Part shown: piece by piece, positions 8,969 through 17,710 of the stretch | How positions within the stretch are numbered: position 1 is the stretch's first letter | Layout of the letters: each line of letters starts with the position of its first letter | Assembly: GCA_041663005.1 (NCBI GenBank) | Contig: JBAZRK010000001.1 | Location: forward strand, 93,360-157,359 | DNA from: Minisyncoccota bacterium | GTDB lineage: Bacteria; Patescibacteriota; Minisyncoccia; Phycocordibacterales; UBA9973 | Direction: 5' to 3' | Length of the DNA stretch: 64,000 bases | Program-made: the position numbers and the translations under genes | Notes under the pieces: generated by a model | Told to the model about the DNA's origin: nothing | Database searches by the model: none | The model's input: only the letters and a program-made list of their open reading frames with translations

Positions 8969-10729
8969 ATGTTTTCTTTCAAGAAAATATTCAAATATTA
9001 CCTCATACTGATGAAGCCGTACTGGCTGCCATTTAGCCTGCTTTTTGTGCTTGTTTCTTTAAGAATTTTATTTACTCTGGCGCTTGCCCCTTTTGTCTAC
9101 AAAAACATAATCGATGTTTTAAGCTTGACCGGTCTTAGTGTGACGGAACGATCCGAAGTAGCTTTCTTGTTTCTAATTCCATTTGCGGCTGGTCTTGTTT
9201 CATCGGGAGCAGTGAATAGGTATCGGGAATTTATAAGTTTTAAAATTTTAAGTAATGTTACGAAAGATATTTATGATTTCTCTTTTTCCAAATTAGCTAA
9301 TCATTCATATACATTTTATTCCAACCGTTTTTCCGGCGGCTTGGTGGCCAAGGTGAAGCGTTTCGCGCGTTCATTCGAAGTGATAAATAAAATAATAGTC
9401 GGAAGCTTTTGGTTCGTGATGGTTCTCATAATTGCGGCAACCATCATACTCTACAGTCAGTCAAAGATTATTGCTTTATATTTATCTGTCTGGTCTCTTG
9501 GCTTTGCATTAATCACTCTTTTTTTTGTTAAACAAAAAATCAAACTTGACGTAGTCGAGGCCGAGGCCGATTCGCGCATCACGGCGGTTTTAGCAGATTC
9601 CATTACCAATATATTAAACGTTAAAGTATTCTCTGCTTTTCAGAAGGAGCTAGACTATTTCAAAAAATTTAGCGAATTCTTACGAGAGCGTATTTATGCC
9701 AGTGCTAAGTTTAGTATGCTGCGCTCCATTATCCAGACCGTACTGATGGTTGCTTTTCAGGTTTATATTTTACATACAATGTTATCTCTCTGGAGAGCTG
9801 GAGAAATCAGTCTGGGTGTATTTACCTTGACATACGTCTATGTTTTCTTGATATTCGAGCGTATTTGGGATTTGTCGGAGGACACAGCGACATTTATGAA
9901 AGCGGTAGCCGACATGAAAGAGATGGTGGATATCTTTGAAGTGCCGTCTGATATTGTTGACCCCGTAGACCCAGAGCTGGTTAAAATTAAGGAAGGCCAC
10001 ATTGTTTTTAAAGATGTTTCCTTTAAGTATGAGCTCGGAGAGAATGTGCTTGCCAATTTTAATTTGGATATACAACCGGGCGAGCGCGTAGGGTTGGTGG
10101 GCCATTCGGGGACAGGTAAATCGACTCTTACGAAATTACTTCTGCGGTTTAATGAAGTGACTTCTGGGACCATTGTCATCGATGGTCAAAATATTCGCAA
10201 CATTACCCAAGACGATTTACGTCGCTCGATTTCATATGTCTCACAAGAACCCATTTTATTTCACAGGCCAATTGCTGAAAACATAAATTATGGTAAACCT
10301 TCCGCTACTCTCGAGGAGACAATGGAAGTTGCAAAAAAGGCTCATGCGCATGAATTTATCTCCAAGCTTTCGCGCGGGTATGCTACGCTAGTAGGCGAGC
10401 GTGGCGTTAAGCTTTCCGGCGGTGAACGGCAGCGTATAGCCATAGCTCGTGCAATGCTCAAAGATGCTCCCATCATAGTGTTAGATGAGGCCACGAGTTC
10501 ACTCGATAGTGTAAGCGAATTTTACATTCAGGATGCCTTCGGAGAACTTATGAAAGGCAAAACGGCGATTGTTATTGCGCACCGTTTGTCGACTATCCAG
10601 AAAATGGACAGAATTGTAGTGCTCGATCAGGGTCAAATAGTGGAAGAAGGTACGCACAAGCAGCTACTTGCTAAAGGTGGTATTTATGCCGACCTATGGG
10701 AACATCAAACCGGCGGATTTTTGGAATAA
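8969..10729 (+). CDS. ABC transporter, fused permease/ATP-binding protein
   Basis: Walker A GHSGTGKST, LSGGERQR signature, VLDEATSSLD, AHRLST. Confidence 0.92.
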   Translation: MFSFKKIFKYYLILMKPYWLPFSLLFVLVSLRILFTLALAPFVYKNIIDVLSLTGLSVTERSEVAFLFLIPFAAGLVSSGAVNRYREFISFKILSNVTKDIYDFSFSKLANHSYTFYSNRFSGGLVAKVKRFARSFEVINKIIVGSFWFVMVLIIAATIILYSQSKIIALYLSVWSLGFALITLFFVKQKIKLDVVEAEADSRITAVLADSITNILNVKVFSAFQKELDYFKKFSEFLRERIYASAKFSMLRSIIQTVLMVAFQVYILHTMLSLWRAGEISLGVFTLTYVYVFLIFERIWDLSEDTATFMKAVADMKEMVDIFEVPSDIVDPVDPELVKIKEGHIVFKDVSFKYELGENVLANFNLDIQPGERVGLVGHSGTGKSTLTKLLLRFNEVTSGTIVIDGQNIRNITQDDLRRSISYVSQEPILFHRPIAENINYGKPSATLEETMEVAKKAHAHEFISKLSRGYATLVGERGVKLSGGERQRIAIARAMLKDAPIIVLDEATSSLDSVSEFYIQDAFGELMKGKTAIVIAHRLSTIQKMDRIVVLDQGQIVEEGTHKQLLAKGGIYADLWEHQTGGFLE

Positions 10730-10734
10730 AAGTT

Positions 10735-12537
10735 ATGGACCTCAAACACATAAGAAATTTCAGCATCATTGCCCACATTGACCATGGTAAATCTACCTTG
10801 GCTGACAGGATGCTTGAAATCACACATACCATAGAAAAGAGAAAAATGCGCGAGCAGGTGCTTGATTCTATGGAGCTCGAACGAGAGCGGGGCATAACCA
10901 TAAAAATGCAACCGGTACGAATGCATTATGCTCTTAATAATGAAAAATATATTTTAAATTTGATTGATACACCTGGGCACATAGACTTTTCCTACGAGGT
11001 CTCCCGTGCGCTTAAGGCCGTAGAAGGTTCAATTCTGCTTGTCGATTCTACGCAGGGAGTGCAGGCGCAGACCCTGACGACCTTGGCGATGGCTCGGGAA
11101 GGGGGGTTGAAAATTATCCCGGTGTTGTCGAAAATAGACTCTCCGCTTTCACGAGTCGAAGAAGTAAAAGAAGAAGTTGTCGAGCTTTTGGGCTGCAGAG
11201 AAGAAGAAATACTTCTGGTGTCCGGACGTACCGGCGAAGGAGTGGAAGATTTACTTCACGCAGTGATAAAGATTATTCCCGAGCCTAGGTCTATGCATCG
11301 CGAAGACAATATGCTAAGGGCGCTCGTTTTCGATTTCAAATATTCGAACCATCGGGGAGTAATTGTTTTCGTTCGAGTGCTGGACGGCAAGGTTGCCAAA
11401 GGGGATACCTTACTTTTCGCTGTCTCTGGAGAGAAATTTACAGCTTTAGAGGTCGGCACTTTTTCTCCAGAAGAAACCTCGGCGGAATTCCTCTCGCAGG
11501 GAGAGATAGGCTATATCGTTACCGGAATCAAGAAGCCCGGGATTGCTTCGGTTGGAGATACTATTACGATGTTTAAAAACCCACTACCGGCTTTTCCTGG
11601 CTATATGCAGCCTTTGCCTGTTGTTTGGGCTTCAGTCTTCCCTGAAGATGCAGACGATTTCCCTGAGTTGAAACTTGCACTTGGTAAACTAAAGCTTTCC
11701 GATTCTGCTTTTTCTTATGAAGAGGAGGCATCGGGTTCACTAGGAAAAGGTTTTCGTTGCGGATTTCTCGGGATGCTGCACCTGGAAATTATCACAGAAC
11801 GACTGAAGCGGGAATTTAATTTGAAACTAGTTATTACCACACCCTCGATTACTTACGAGGTGCTACTCAAAAACGGCAAGGTTGAAAAAATTTACTCGCC
11901 TTACTTTTTCCCAGATGATGGTCTCGTTGAAACAGTCTACGAACCGTGGGTGAAATTGAAAATCATAACCCCAGCCGCTTATTTGGGGGGGATTATGCAG
12001 CTTCTTTTCGACCACGAAGGAGAAATAGGAGAAACGGATAACTTCGGAGACAATCGTTCATCTGTTTCGGTGACTATGCCCCTCCGAGAGCTTATGCGGA
12101 ATTTTTTCGATGAATTAAAAAGTGCCTCCTCCGGATATGGCTCTATTTCCTATGAGATAGGAGAAATGCGCGAGGCGAACGTTACCAGGCTCGACCTTTT
12201 GGTTGCCGATGAAGTTGTGCCCGCATTCTCGCGAGTTGTTTCAAGGAAACGCGCCGAGGAAGAAGCGGAAGATGCCGTGGAGAAGCTGGCGAATCTACTG
12301 CCAAGGCAGATGTTCACTTTGAAAGTTCAAGGCAAGGCCTTAGGGCGCATAATCTCATCCCGCACATTGTCCGGTATGAAGAAGGATGTCACTCAGCATA
12401 TGTACGGAGGGGATATTACTCGTAAAATGAAGCTCCGCGAGAAACAAAAAAAGGGTAAGAAAAAAATGAAAGAAAGAGGGAAGGTAAATATTCCCCAAGA
12501 CGTCTTTCTCAAGATGATGCGTTCCAAGGACCGCTAG
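10735..12537 (+). CDS. lepA: elongation factor 4 (LepA)
   Basis: IRNFSIIAHIDHGKSTLAD, DTPGHIDF, YGGDITRKMKL; start set at ATG 10735. Confidence 0.97.
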   Translation: MDLKHIRNFSIIAHIDHGKSTLADRMLEITHTIEKRKMREQVLDSMELERERGITIKMQPVRMHYALNNEKYILNLIDTPGHIDFSYEVSRALKAVEGSILLVDSTQGVQAQTLTTLAMAREGGLKIIPVLSKIDSPLSRVEEVKEEVVELLGCREEEILLVSGRTGEGVEDLLHAVIKIIPEPRSMHREDNMLRALVFDFKYSNHRGVIVFVRVLDGKVAKGDTLLFAVSGEKFTALEVGTFSPEETSAEFLSQGEIGYIVTGIKKPGIASVGDTITMFKNPLPAFPGYMQPLPVVWASVFPEDADDFPELKLALGKLKLSDSAFSYEEEASGSLGKGFRCGFLGMLHLEIITERLKREFNLKLVITTPSITYEVLLKNGKVEKIYSPYFFPDDGLVETVYEPWVKLKIITPAAYLGGIMQLLFDHEGEIGETDNFGDNRSSVSVTMPLRELMRNFFDELKSASSGYGSISYEIGEMREANVTRLDLLVADEVVPAFSRVVSRKRAEEEAEDAVEKLANLLPRQMFTLKVQGKALGRIISSRTLSGMKKDVTQHMYGGDITRKMKLREKQKKGKKKMKERGKVNIPQDVFLKMMRSKDR

Positions 12538-12669
12538 CGGAAAATCGGTGCGTAGAGAAGTATCATCGAGATGATGATAAGAACGCTCACAACGGCCCAA
12601 GCTGTCTGTATTTTCTTTTGATGTTTTTTATTGAAAAGCATACAATGTATAATAGCACATATAAAGATT

Positions 12670-13047
12670 ATGAGAAACTACGAACACAGTGGCGGGAAAA
12701 GAAATATGCTGGAATCCAAGCCGGTGCTCATCTTGCTTGGCATGGTTATACTTATTTTCACCTGGAGCGTGTTGCGTTTTTGGATAAAAATGTCGGAAAC
12801 CGGTAAAAACAAGGCTTTAGTTCAGGAAAAAACTGAGGCTCTACGCGAACAGAAAGAAACTCTGGTAACGGATATTAACAAACTCAAAACAGATCGCGGG
12901 AAGGAAGAATTTGTGCGAGAAAACTTCGGCTTGGCAAAGGAAGGGGAGGACGTGATTATAATCGTCGAGGACGAAGCTGTCAAAACCGAACCTAAAAGGG
13001 GCAAGATTTCGGGCTTCTTCGCCTTCTTTGCGGATCTATTTAAATAA
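12670..13047 (+). CDS. septum formation initiator family protein (FtsB/DivIC)
   Basis: Single TM, coiled coil, EEFVRENFGLAKEGEDVI motif. Confidence 0.75.
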   Translation: MRNYEHSGGKRNMLESKPVLILLGMVILIFTWSVLRFWIKMSETGKNKALVQEKTEALREQKETLVTDINKLKTDRGKEEFVRENFGLAKEGEDVIIIVEDEAVKTEPKRGKISGFFAFFADLFK

Positions 13048-13061
13048 GTTATAATGTCTGT

Positions 13062-14033
13062 ATGAAAATTGCATTTTTTAGTGTGGAAAAAGGGAAGCAG
13101 GCACCCTTTGTCGGGGCTTTTCCGGAGTCGGAAATCGTTTTTATAGAAGAAACACTAAATGAAGACACTGCCAGAAAGGGTAGCGATGCGGACATTGCTT
13201 GCCTCTTCGTGGATTCAAGCGTAAGCAAAAGCGTTATTGACGCTATGCCAAATTTGAAATTTATTGCCACTCGTTCCACGGGTTACAACCATATTGATGT
13301 AGAATATGCCAAGAGCAAAGGAATCCCGGTTGCCAATGTTCCTGCCTACGGTTCGTACACAGTTGCCGAATTCAGCTTCGGGCTTCTGCTCAACCTTTCT
13401 CGTAAAATTATCGAAGCAAGCAACTATGTGAAAAATTCAATGGATTTTCATTACAACAACTCGATGGAAGGTTTTGACCTGCAAGGCAAAACTCTGGGAG
13501 TTGTGGGCACCGGTAGAATCGGGAAAAATATGGTGAAAATAGCGAAGGGTTTCGGTATGAAAATTATCGCCTGCGACCTTTATCCAGACCTAGATTTTGC
13601 AAAAGAATATGGTTTTGAATATAAAACTCTAGATCAGGTACTCGAAGAGTCCGACATAGTGTCCCTCCATACTCCTTACAGCATAGACAATCATCATATC
13701 CTAGCCAGGGAAAATATTTCCCGAATGAAACGCGGGGCTTATGTTGTTAACACGGCTCGAGGCGAGCTTATAGACACCGAGGCTCTAGTTTGGGGGCTTA
13801 AGGAGGGCATCATTGCCGGCGCTGGACTCGATGTTCTCGAAGAAGAAAAAAGTTTAAAGAAAGGAGAGGCAACTAAAATATGTGACCTTAATCGTGAGTT
13901 AATGAAAATGCCTAACGTAATAATTACTCCACACTCGGCATTTTTCACAGTGGAAGCTGTTGATGAAATTTCTAAAGTTACGGTTGAAAATATAAAGAGT
14001 TTTCTTGCCGGAAAGCCGGAAAATTTAGTTTAA
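13062..14033 (+). CDS. D-isomer-specific 2-hydroxyacid dehydrogenase (D-lactate/hydroxypyruvate reductase family)
   Basis: RSTGYNHID, GTGRIG, VNTARG, LDVLEEE, TPHSAF. Confidence 0.92.
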   Translation: MKIAFFSVEKGKQAPFVGAFPESEIVFIEETLNEDTARKGSDADIACLFVDSSVSKSVIDAMPNLKFIATRSTGYNHIDVEYAKSKGIPVANVPAYGSYTVAEFSFGLLLNLSRKIIEASNYVKNSMDFHYNNSMEGFDLQGKTLGVVGTGRIGKNMVKIAKGFGMKIIACDLYPDLDFAKEYGFEYKTLDQVLEESDIVSLHTPYSIDNHHILARENISRMKRGAYVVNTARGELIDTEALVWGLKEGIIAGAGLDVLEEEKSLKKGEATKICDLNRELMKMPNVIITPHSAFFTVEAVDEISKVTVENIKSFLAGKPENLV

Positions 14034-14038
14034 ATACT

Positions 14039-15313
14039 ATGGACCAAAAACGAATAAAGAACTTTGAGAACTTGGCAACGACCGAAAATCGCAAATTGGC
14101 TTTACTCGTGGCGGAGGCGGGGCTCGACGCTCTGGATACCGGTCGGGTTATTGCAAGCTCAGTTACTCTAAATGGTAATATTTTACAAATACAAGGAGAA
14201 AGTTTTGATTTGTCTAAGTTTAAAAATATTAAAGTTGTAGGTTTCGGCAAGGCATCTTGTACAGCTGCGCTTGCCCTAGAGAAGATTCTAGGTTCACGGA
14301 TAGGCGGCGGGGCGGTTATCGGTTTAGAAAAAAATAAATGTGAATACGTTGAAACTTTTGCTGGAACGCATCCGAAACCTTCTGCTCCAAACATACTGGC
14401 GGGGCAGAAGATTTTCGAATTGGTTAAAAATTCTACAATAGACGATTTGATTATTGCGCTTGTGTCTGGGGGTGGGTCCGCGCTTCTTTGTAGCTCTGCC
14501 AAGGAGAGCGAGCAGGGTATAAAGCTGTATGAATCCTTTTTAAAGACAGGTAAAACTATCAGTGTTTTGAATACTGTCAGGAAGCACTTATCTATCCTTA
14601 AGGGTGGAGGATTGGCCGAGATTGCTTACCCAGCAACAGTTATCGGTCTAATTTTCTCAGATGTACCTGGAGATAATTTTGGTGATGTTGCTTCCGGTCC
14701 TACCTATAAAGATGTCTCTACCGTAGCGGATGCGGAAAAAATAATAGCCGATAATAACCTTGGGGATTTTGATTTAATGGAAACACCAAAGGACGATAAA
14801 TATTTTGAAAAAGTTCATAATTTCGTTTTGGTTTCTAATAAAACCGCCTCAGATGTTATGGTGCTGAAGGCGCGCGAGCTGGGGCTCGACGCAGAAATTA
14901 TTTCCACAGAACTTTACGAAGAGACTCACTTAGCGCTCGATAAGATATTTTCAGCGGAGAAGGAAAATACAGTAATTATCGCTGCAGGAGAACCCAAAAT
15001 GAAGGTAGCAGAACGCCATGGTAAAGGTGGGCGTAGTCTGCATATGGCTTTAATGGCGCTCAATAATAAAAAAATAAATGCAGACTCTGTTTTCATAACA
15101 CTTGCGTCGGACGGCCTAGACAACAGCGATGCTGCGGGGGCAATAGTGGATGCAACTACATTTGAAAAAATGAAAAAGCTAGACCTAGAGTGCGAGAACT
15201 ACCTAAACGGATTTAACTCTTATCCGTTTTTTGCAAAAACTGGAGATATGATAATGACTGGTCCAACAGGCGCAAACGTTGCCGACCTGATGATTCTTTT
15301 AAATAAAAAATAA
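14039..15313 (+). CDS. glycerate 2-kinase, MOFRL family
   Basis: GFGKAS, LVSGGGSAL, RKHLSILKGG, SDVPGD, ASGPT, TGPTGANVAD. Confidence 0.88.
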   Translation: MDQKRIKNFENLATTENRKLALLVAEAGLDALDTGRVIASSVTLNGNILQIQGESFDLSKFKNIKVVGFGKASCTAALALEKILGSRIGGGAVIGLEKNKCEYVETFAGTHPKPSAPNILAGQKIFELVKNSTIDDLIIALVSGGGSALLCSSAKESEQGIKLYESFLKTGKTISVLNTVRKHLSILKGGGLAEIAYPATVIGLIFSDVPGDNFGDVASGPTYKDVSTVADAEKIIADNNLGDFDLMETPKDDKYFEKVHNFVLVSNKTASDVMVLKARELGLDAEIISTELYEETHLALDKIFSAEKENTVIIAAGEPKMKVAERHGKGGRSLHMALMALNNKKINADSVFITLASDGLDNSDAAGAIVDATTFEKMKKLDLECENYLNGFNSYPFFAKTGDMIMTGPTGANVADLMILLNKK

Positions 15314-15320
15314 GCGAAAT

Positions 15321-16433
15321 TTACTCTTTCCCTACAGCTTCCGATATATTTTTATAACCTTCTTGTTTTAAGAGTTCTACTAACCCCAGATTAATGTCGC
15401 TTTGGAGTTGCGGTCCATCGAATATCATACCCGTCATAAGCTGTACAAGGCTCGCCCCAGCTTTTATTTTACGATACGCATCATGGGCGCTAAATATTCC
15501 TCCGACCCCTATAATCACATATTTACCCCTGGTGTTTTTATATACGTATCTGATTAGGTCGTCTGATAATTGGCCTACAACCTTGCCAGAGATGCCACCA
15601 TTTTGGGGTATGTTGTCGTCGAGAATTTCCTTGCTTTGACGATGCTTAGTAAGGTTGGTGCACACGAAGCCGTCTACTTGGAAGTTCGCGCTAACTGCAA
15701 GGATCTCGTCAACTTGGGCAGGACTCAAGTCGGGGGATAATTTTAAGAAAACGGGTTTAGTTTTAGTAATAGAAAAAATTTTCCGGAGTAACTTCTCAAG
15801 TTTATTTTTGTCAGTGAAAGGTTGTCCGCCGAAGGCGTTCGGACAACTTATATTTATTGTTGTGTAGTCACCGATACCCTCGAAAGTTTTATAGGATTTA
15901 AAGTAATCATTTACACCGCCTTCGTCGTTAACAGTATTTGGGTTGTTGGTTTTGGCAATATTGATACCGAGAACCAGTGGAAACTTCTTCCCAGTCAATT
16001 TTTTAGCGATTTTCTCGCAGCCGATGTTTTTAAGTCCGTAATAAACAACGAGTGATTTTGATTTTTTCAAACGCCACAGTCGCGGTTTCGGGTTACCCTC
16101 ACAGGGTTCACCGGTTATAGAACCCACTTCGGTGAAGCCGAAACCGAGCGAAGGCATTATGTCTACCATCTTCGCGTCCTTGTCGAAGCCTGCCGAAAGC
16201 CCCACTGGATTTTTAAATTTTATACCTAGAATGTTTTGTTCTAATGCCGGGTGAGAATATCCCCAGAGACAGTAAGACATTTTTCGCGTCAGGGAAAATT
16301 TCCCCAGAAAATGCAAAGCGACGGACATAATATCGTGGATTTTTTCCGGGTCAATCTGGAAAAATATCGGTTTTACTAGCCACTGGTACTTTTTCCGCAT
16401 TATTAAATTTCGTAGCCAGACTAGGTTTTCCAC
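15321..16433 (-). CDS. pyrD: dihydroorotate dehydrogenase, class 2 (quinone)
   Basis: NPVGLSAGFDK, GNPKPRLWRL, NISCPN, LKLSPD, GGISGK, IGVGGI. Confidence 0.92.
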   Translation of the reverse strand: MENLVWLRNLIMRKKYQWLVKPIFFQIDPEKIHDIMSVALHFLGKFSLTRKMSYCLWGYSHPALEQNILGIKFKNPVGLSAGFDKDAKMVDIMPSLGFGFTEVGSITGEPCEGNPKPRLWRLKKSKSLVVYYGLKNIGCEKIAKKLTGKKFPLVLGINIAKTNNPNTVNDEGGVNDYFKSYKTFEGIGDYTTINISCPNAFGGQPFTDKNKLEKLLRKIFSITKTKPVFLKLSPDLSPAQVDEILAVSANFQVDGFVCTNLTKHRQSKEILDDNIPQNGGISGKVVGQLSDDLIRYVYKNTRGKYVIIGVGGIFSAHDAYRKIKAGASLVQLMTGMIFDGPQLQSDINLGLVELLKQEGYKNISEAVGKE

Positions 16434-16474
16434 GTATGTAATACTATCAAAAATATGGTAAAATAAGAAGTATA

Positions 16475-17695
16475 ATGGATTCGAGTAAAATTATTACCAA
16501 AATTACCGCGGAAGAGATTAAAGATTCGCGAGGTAACCCCACGCTTAAAGTGGTGGTAAATGTCGACGGCCAGTCGGGAAGTTTCTCTGTACCTTCTGGT
16601 GCTTCTACGGGAGCCTATGAAGCCTTAGAGCTCCGTGACGATGACGGCAAAGGCGTAAAAACAGCTGCTGGAAAAGTGAACACGATCATTGCTCCGGCGT
16701 TAGTAGGGAAGAATATTTTTAGCCAAAAAGAAATAGATGAAACAATGCTTGCGCTTGACGGAACGGACAACAAGAGTAACCTAGGCGGCAACGCAATGAT
16801 TGGGGTCAGTATCGCGTGCGCCCGGGCAGGAGCCGTAGTCACTGGTAAAGAAGTCTTTGAATATCTGCGCACATTGGCTGAAGTAAAACCATCACGAGAA
16901 ACCCCGCACTTGTATATGAATGTGGTGAACGGTGGCAAGCACGCAAAAAACGGCCTAGCCTTTCAGGAGTACATGATTGTACCCGACACTCTGAATGCAG
17001 AGGAAGCGCTTGAGATAGGAATTAGTATACAGAATACTCTTAAAGAAAATATAATGAAGAAGCTTGGGCCAGATTCGGTTGTCTTCGGGGACGAAGGAGG
17101 ATTTGCTCCGAAGATTAACGACATCCGAGAGCCGTTATATTTTCTTCATGAAGCAATAAAGCAGAACGGACTGGAAGGTAAGATTCGCTTGGCGCTTGAT
17201 GTTGCCGCCACCTCTTTTTATACGGATGGTCAATATGAAGTCGGCGGACAAAAAATTTCAAAAGAAGAACTTTTGGAAATATACAAATCAATCCAGAAAG
17301 AATTTAATTTGCTGTCTATTGAAGACCCGTTCGAAGAAACAGATTTTGCGAGTTTCCGAGCCCTTACGGGAGAGCACGGTGCCCTGGTGGTTGGCGACGA
17401 CCTTACAGTCACGAACGTTAAACTTTTAAAACAAGCGATAGAGAATAAAAGTATAAGTGCTATGATAATCAAGCCGAACCAAATAGGTACGCTTTCGGAA
17501 ACCCTCGACACTATGAAGCTCGCTAGGGAAAACGACATCGAACTTATCGTGAGTCATAGAAGCGGAGAAACGGATGACGATTTTATTGCGGATTTAGCAT
17601 ATGCGTTCGGTTGTTTCGGATTAAAGGCAGGTGCGCCGTCACGTCCAGAGCGACTGGTGAAATATAGAAGATTAGTGAAGATTACAAATTTATAA
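16475..17695 (+). CDS. eno: enolase
   Basis: DSRGNPT, PSGASTG, GDEGGFAP, IKPNQIGT, SHRSGET. Confidence 0.96.
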   Translation: MDSSKIITKITAEEIKDSRGNPTLKVVVNVDGQSGSFSVPSGASTGAYEALELRDDDGKGVKTAAGKVNTIIAPALVGKNIFSQKEIDETMLALDGTDNKSNLGGNAMIGVSIACARAGAVVTGKEVFEYLRTLAEVKPSRETPHLYMNVVNGGKHAKNGLAFQEYMIVPDTLNAEEALEIGISIQNTLKENIMKKLGPDSVVFGDEGGFAPKINDIREPLYFLHEAIKQNGLEGKIRLALDVAATSFYTDGQYEVGGQKISKEELLEIYKSIQKEFNLLSIEDPFEETDFASFRALTGEHGALVVGDDLTVTNVKLLKQAIENKSISAMIIKPNQIGTLSETLDTMKLARENDIELIVSHRSGETDDDFIADLAYAFGCFGLKAGAPSRPERLVKYRRLVKITNL

Positions 17696-17710
17696 GTTTA
17701 ACAATAAATT

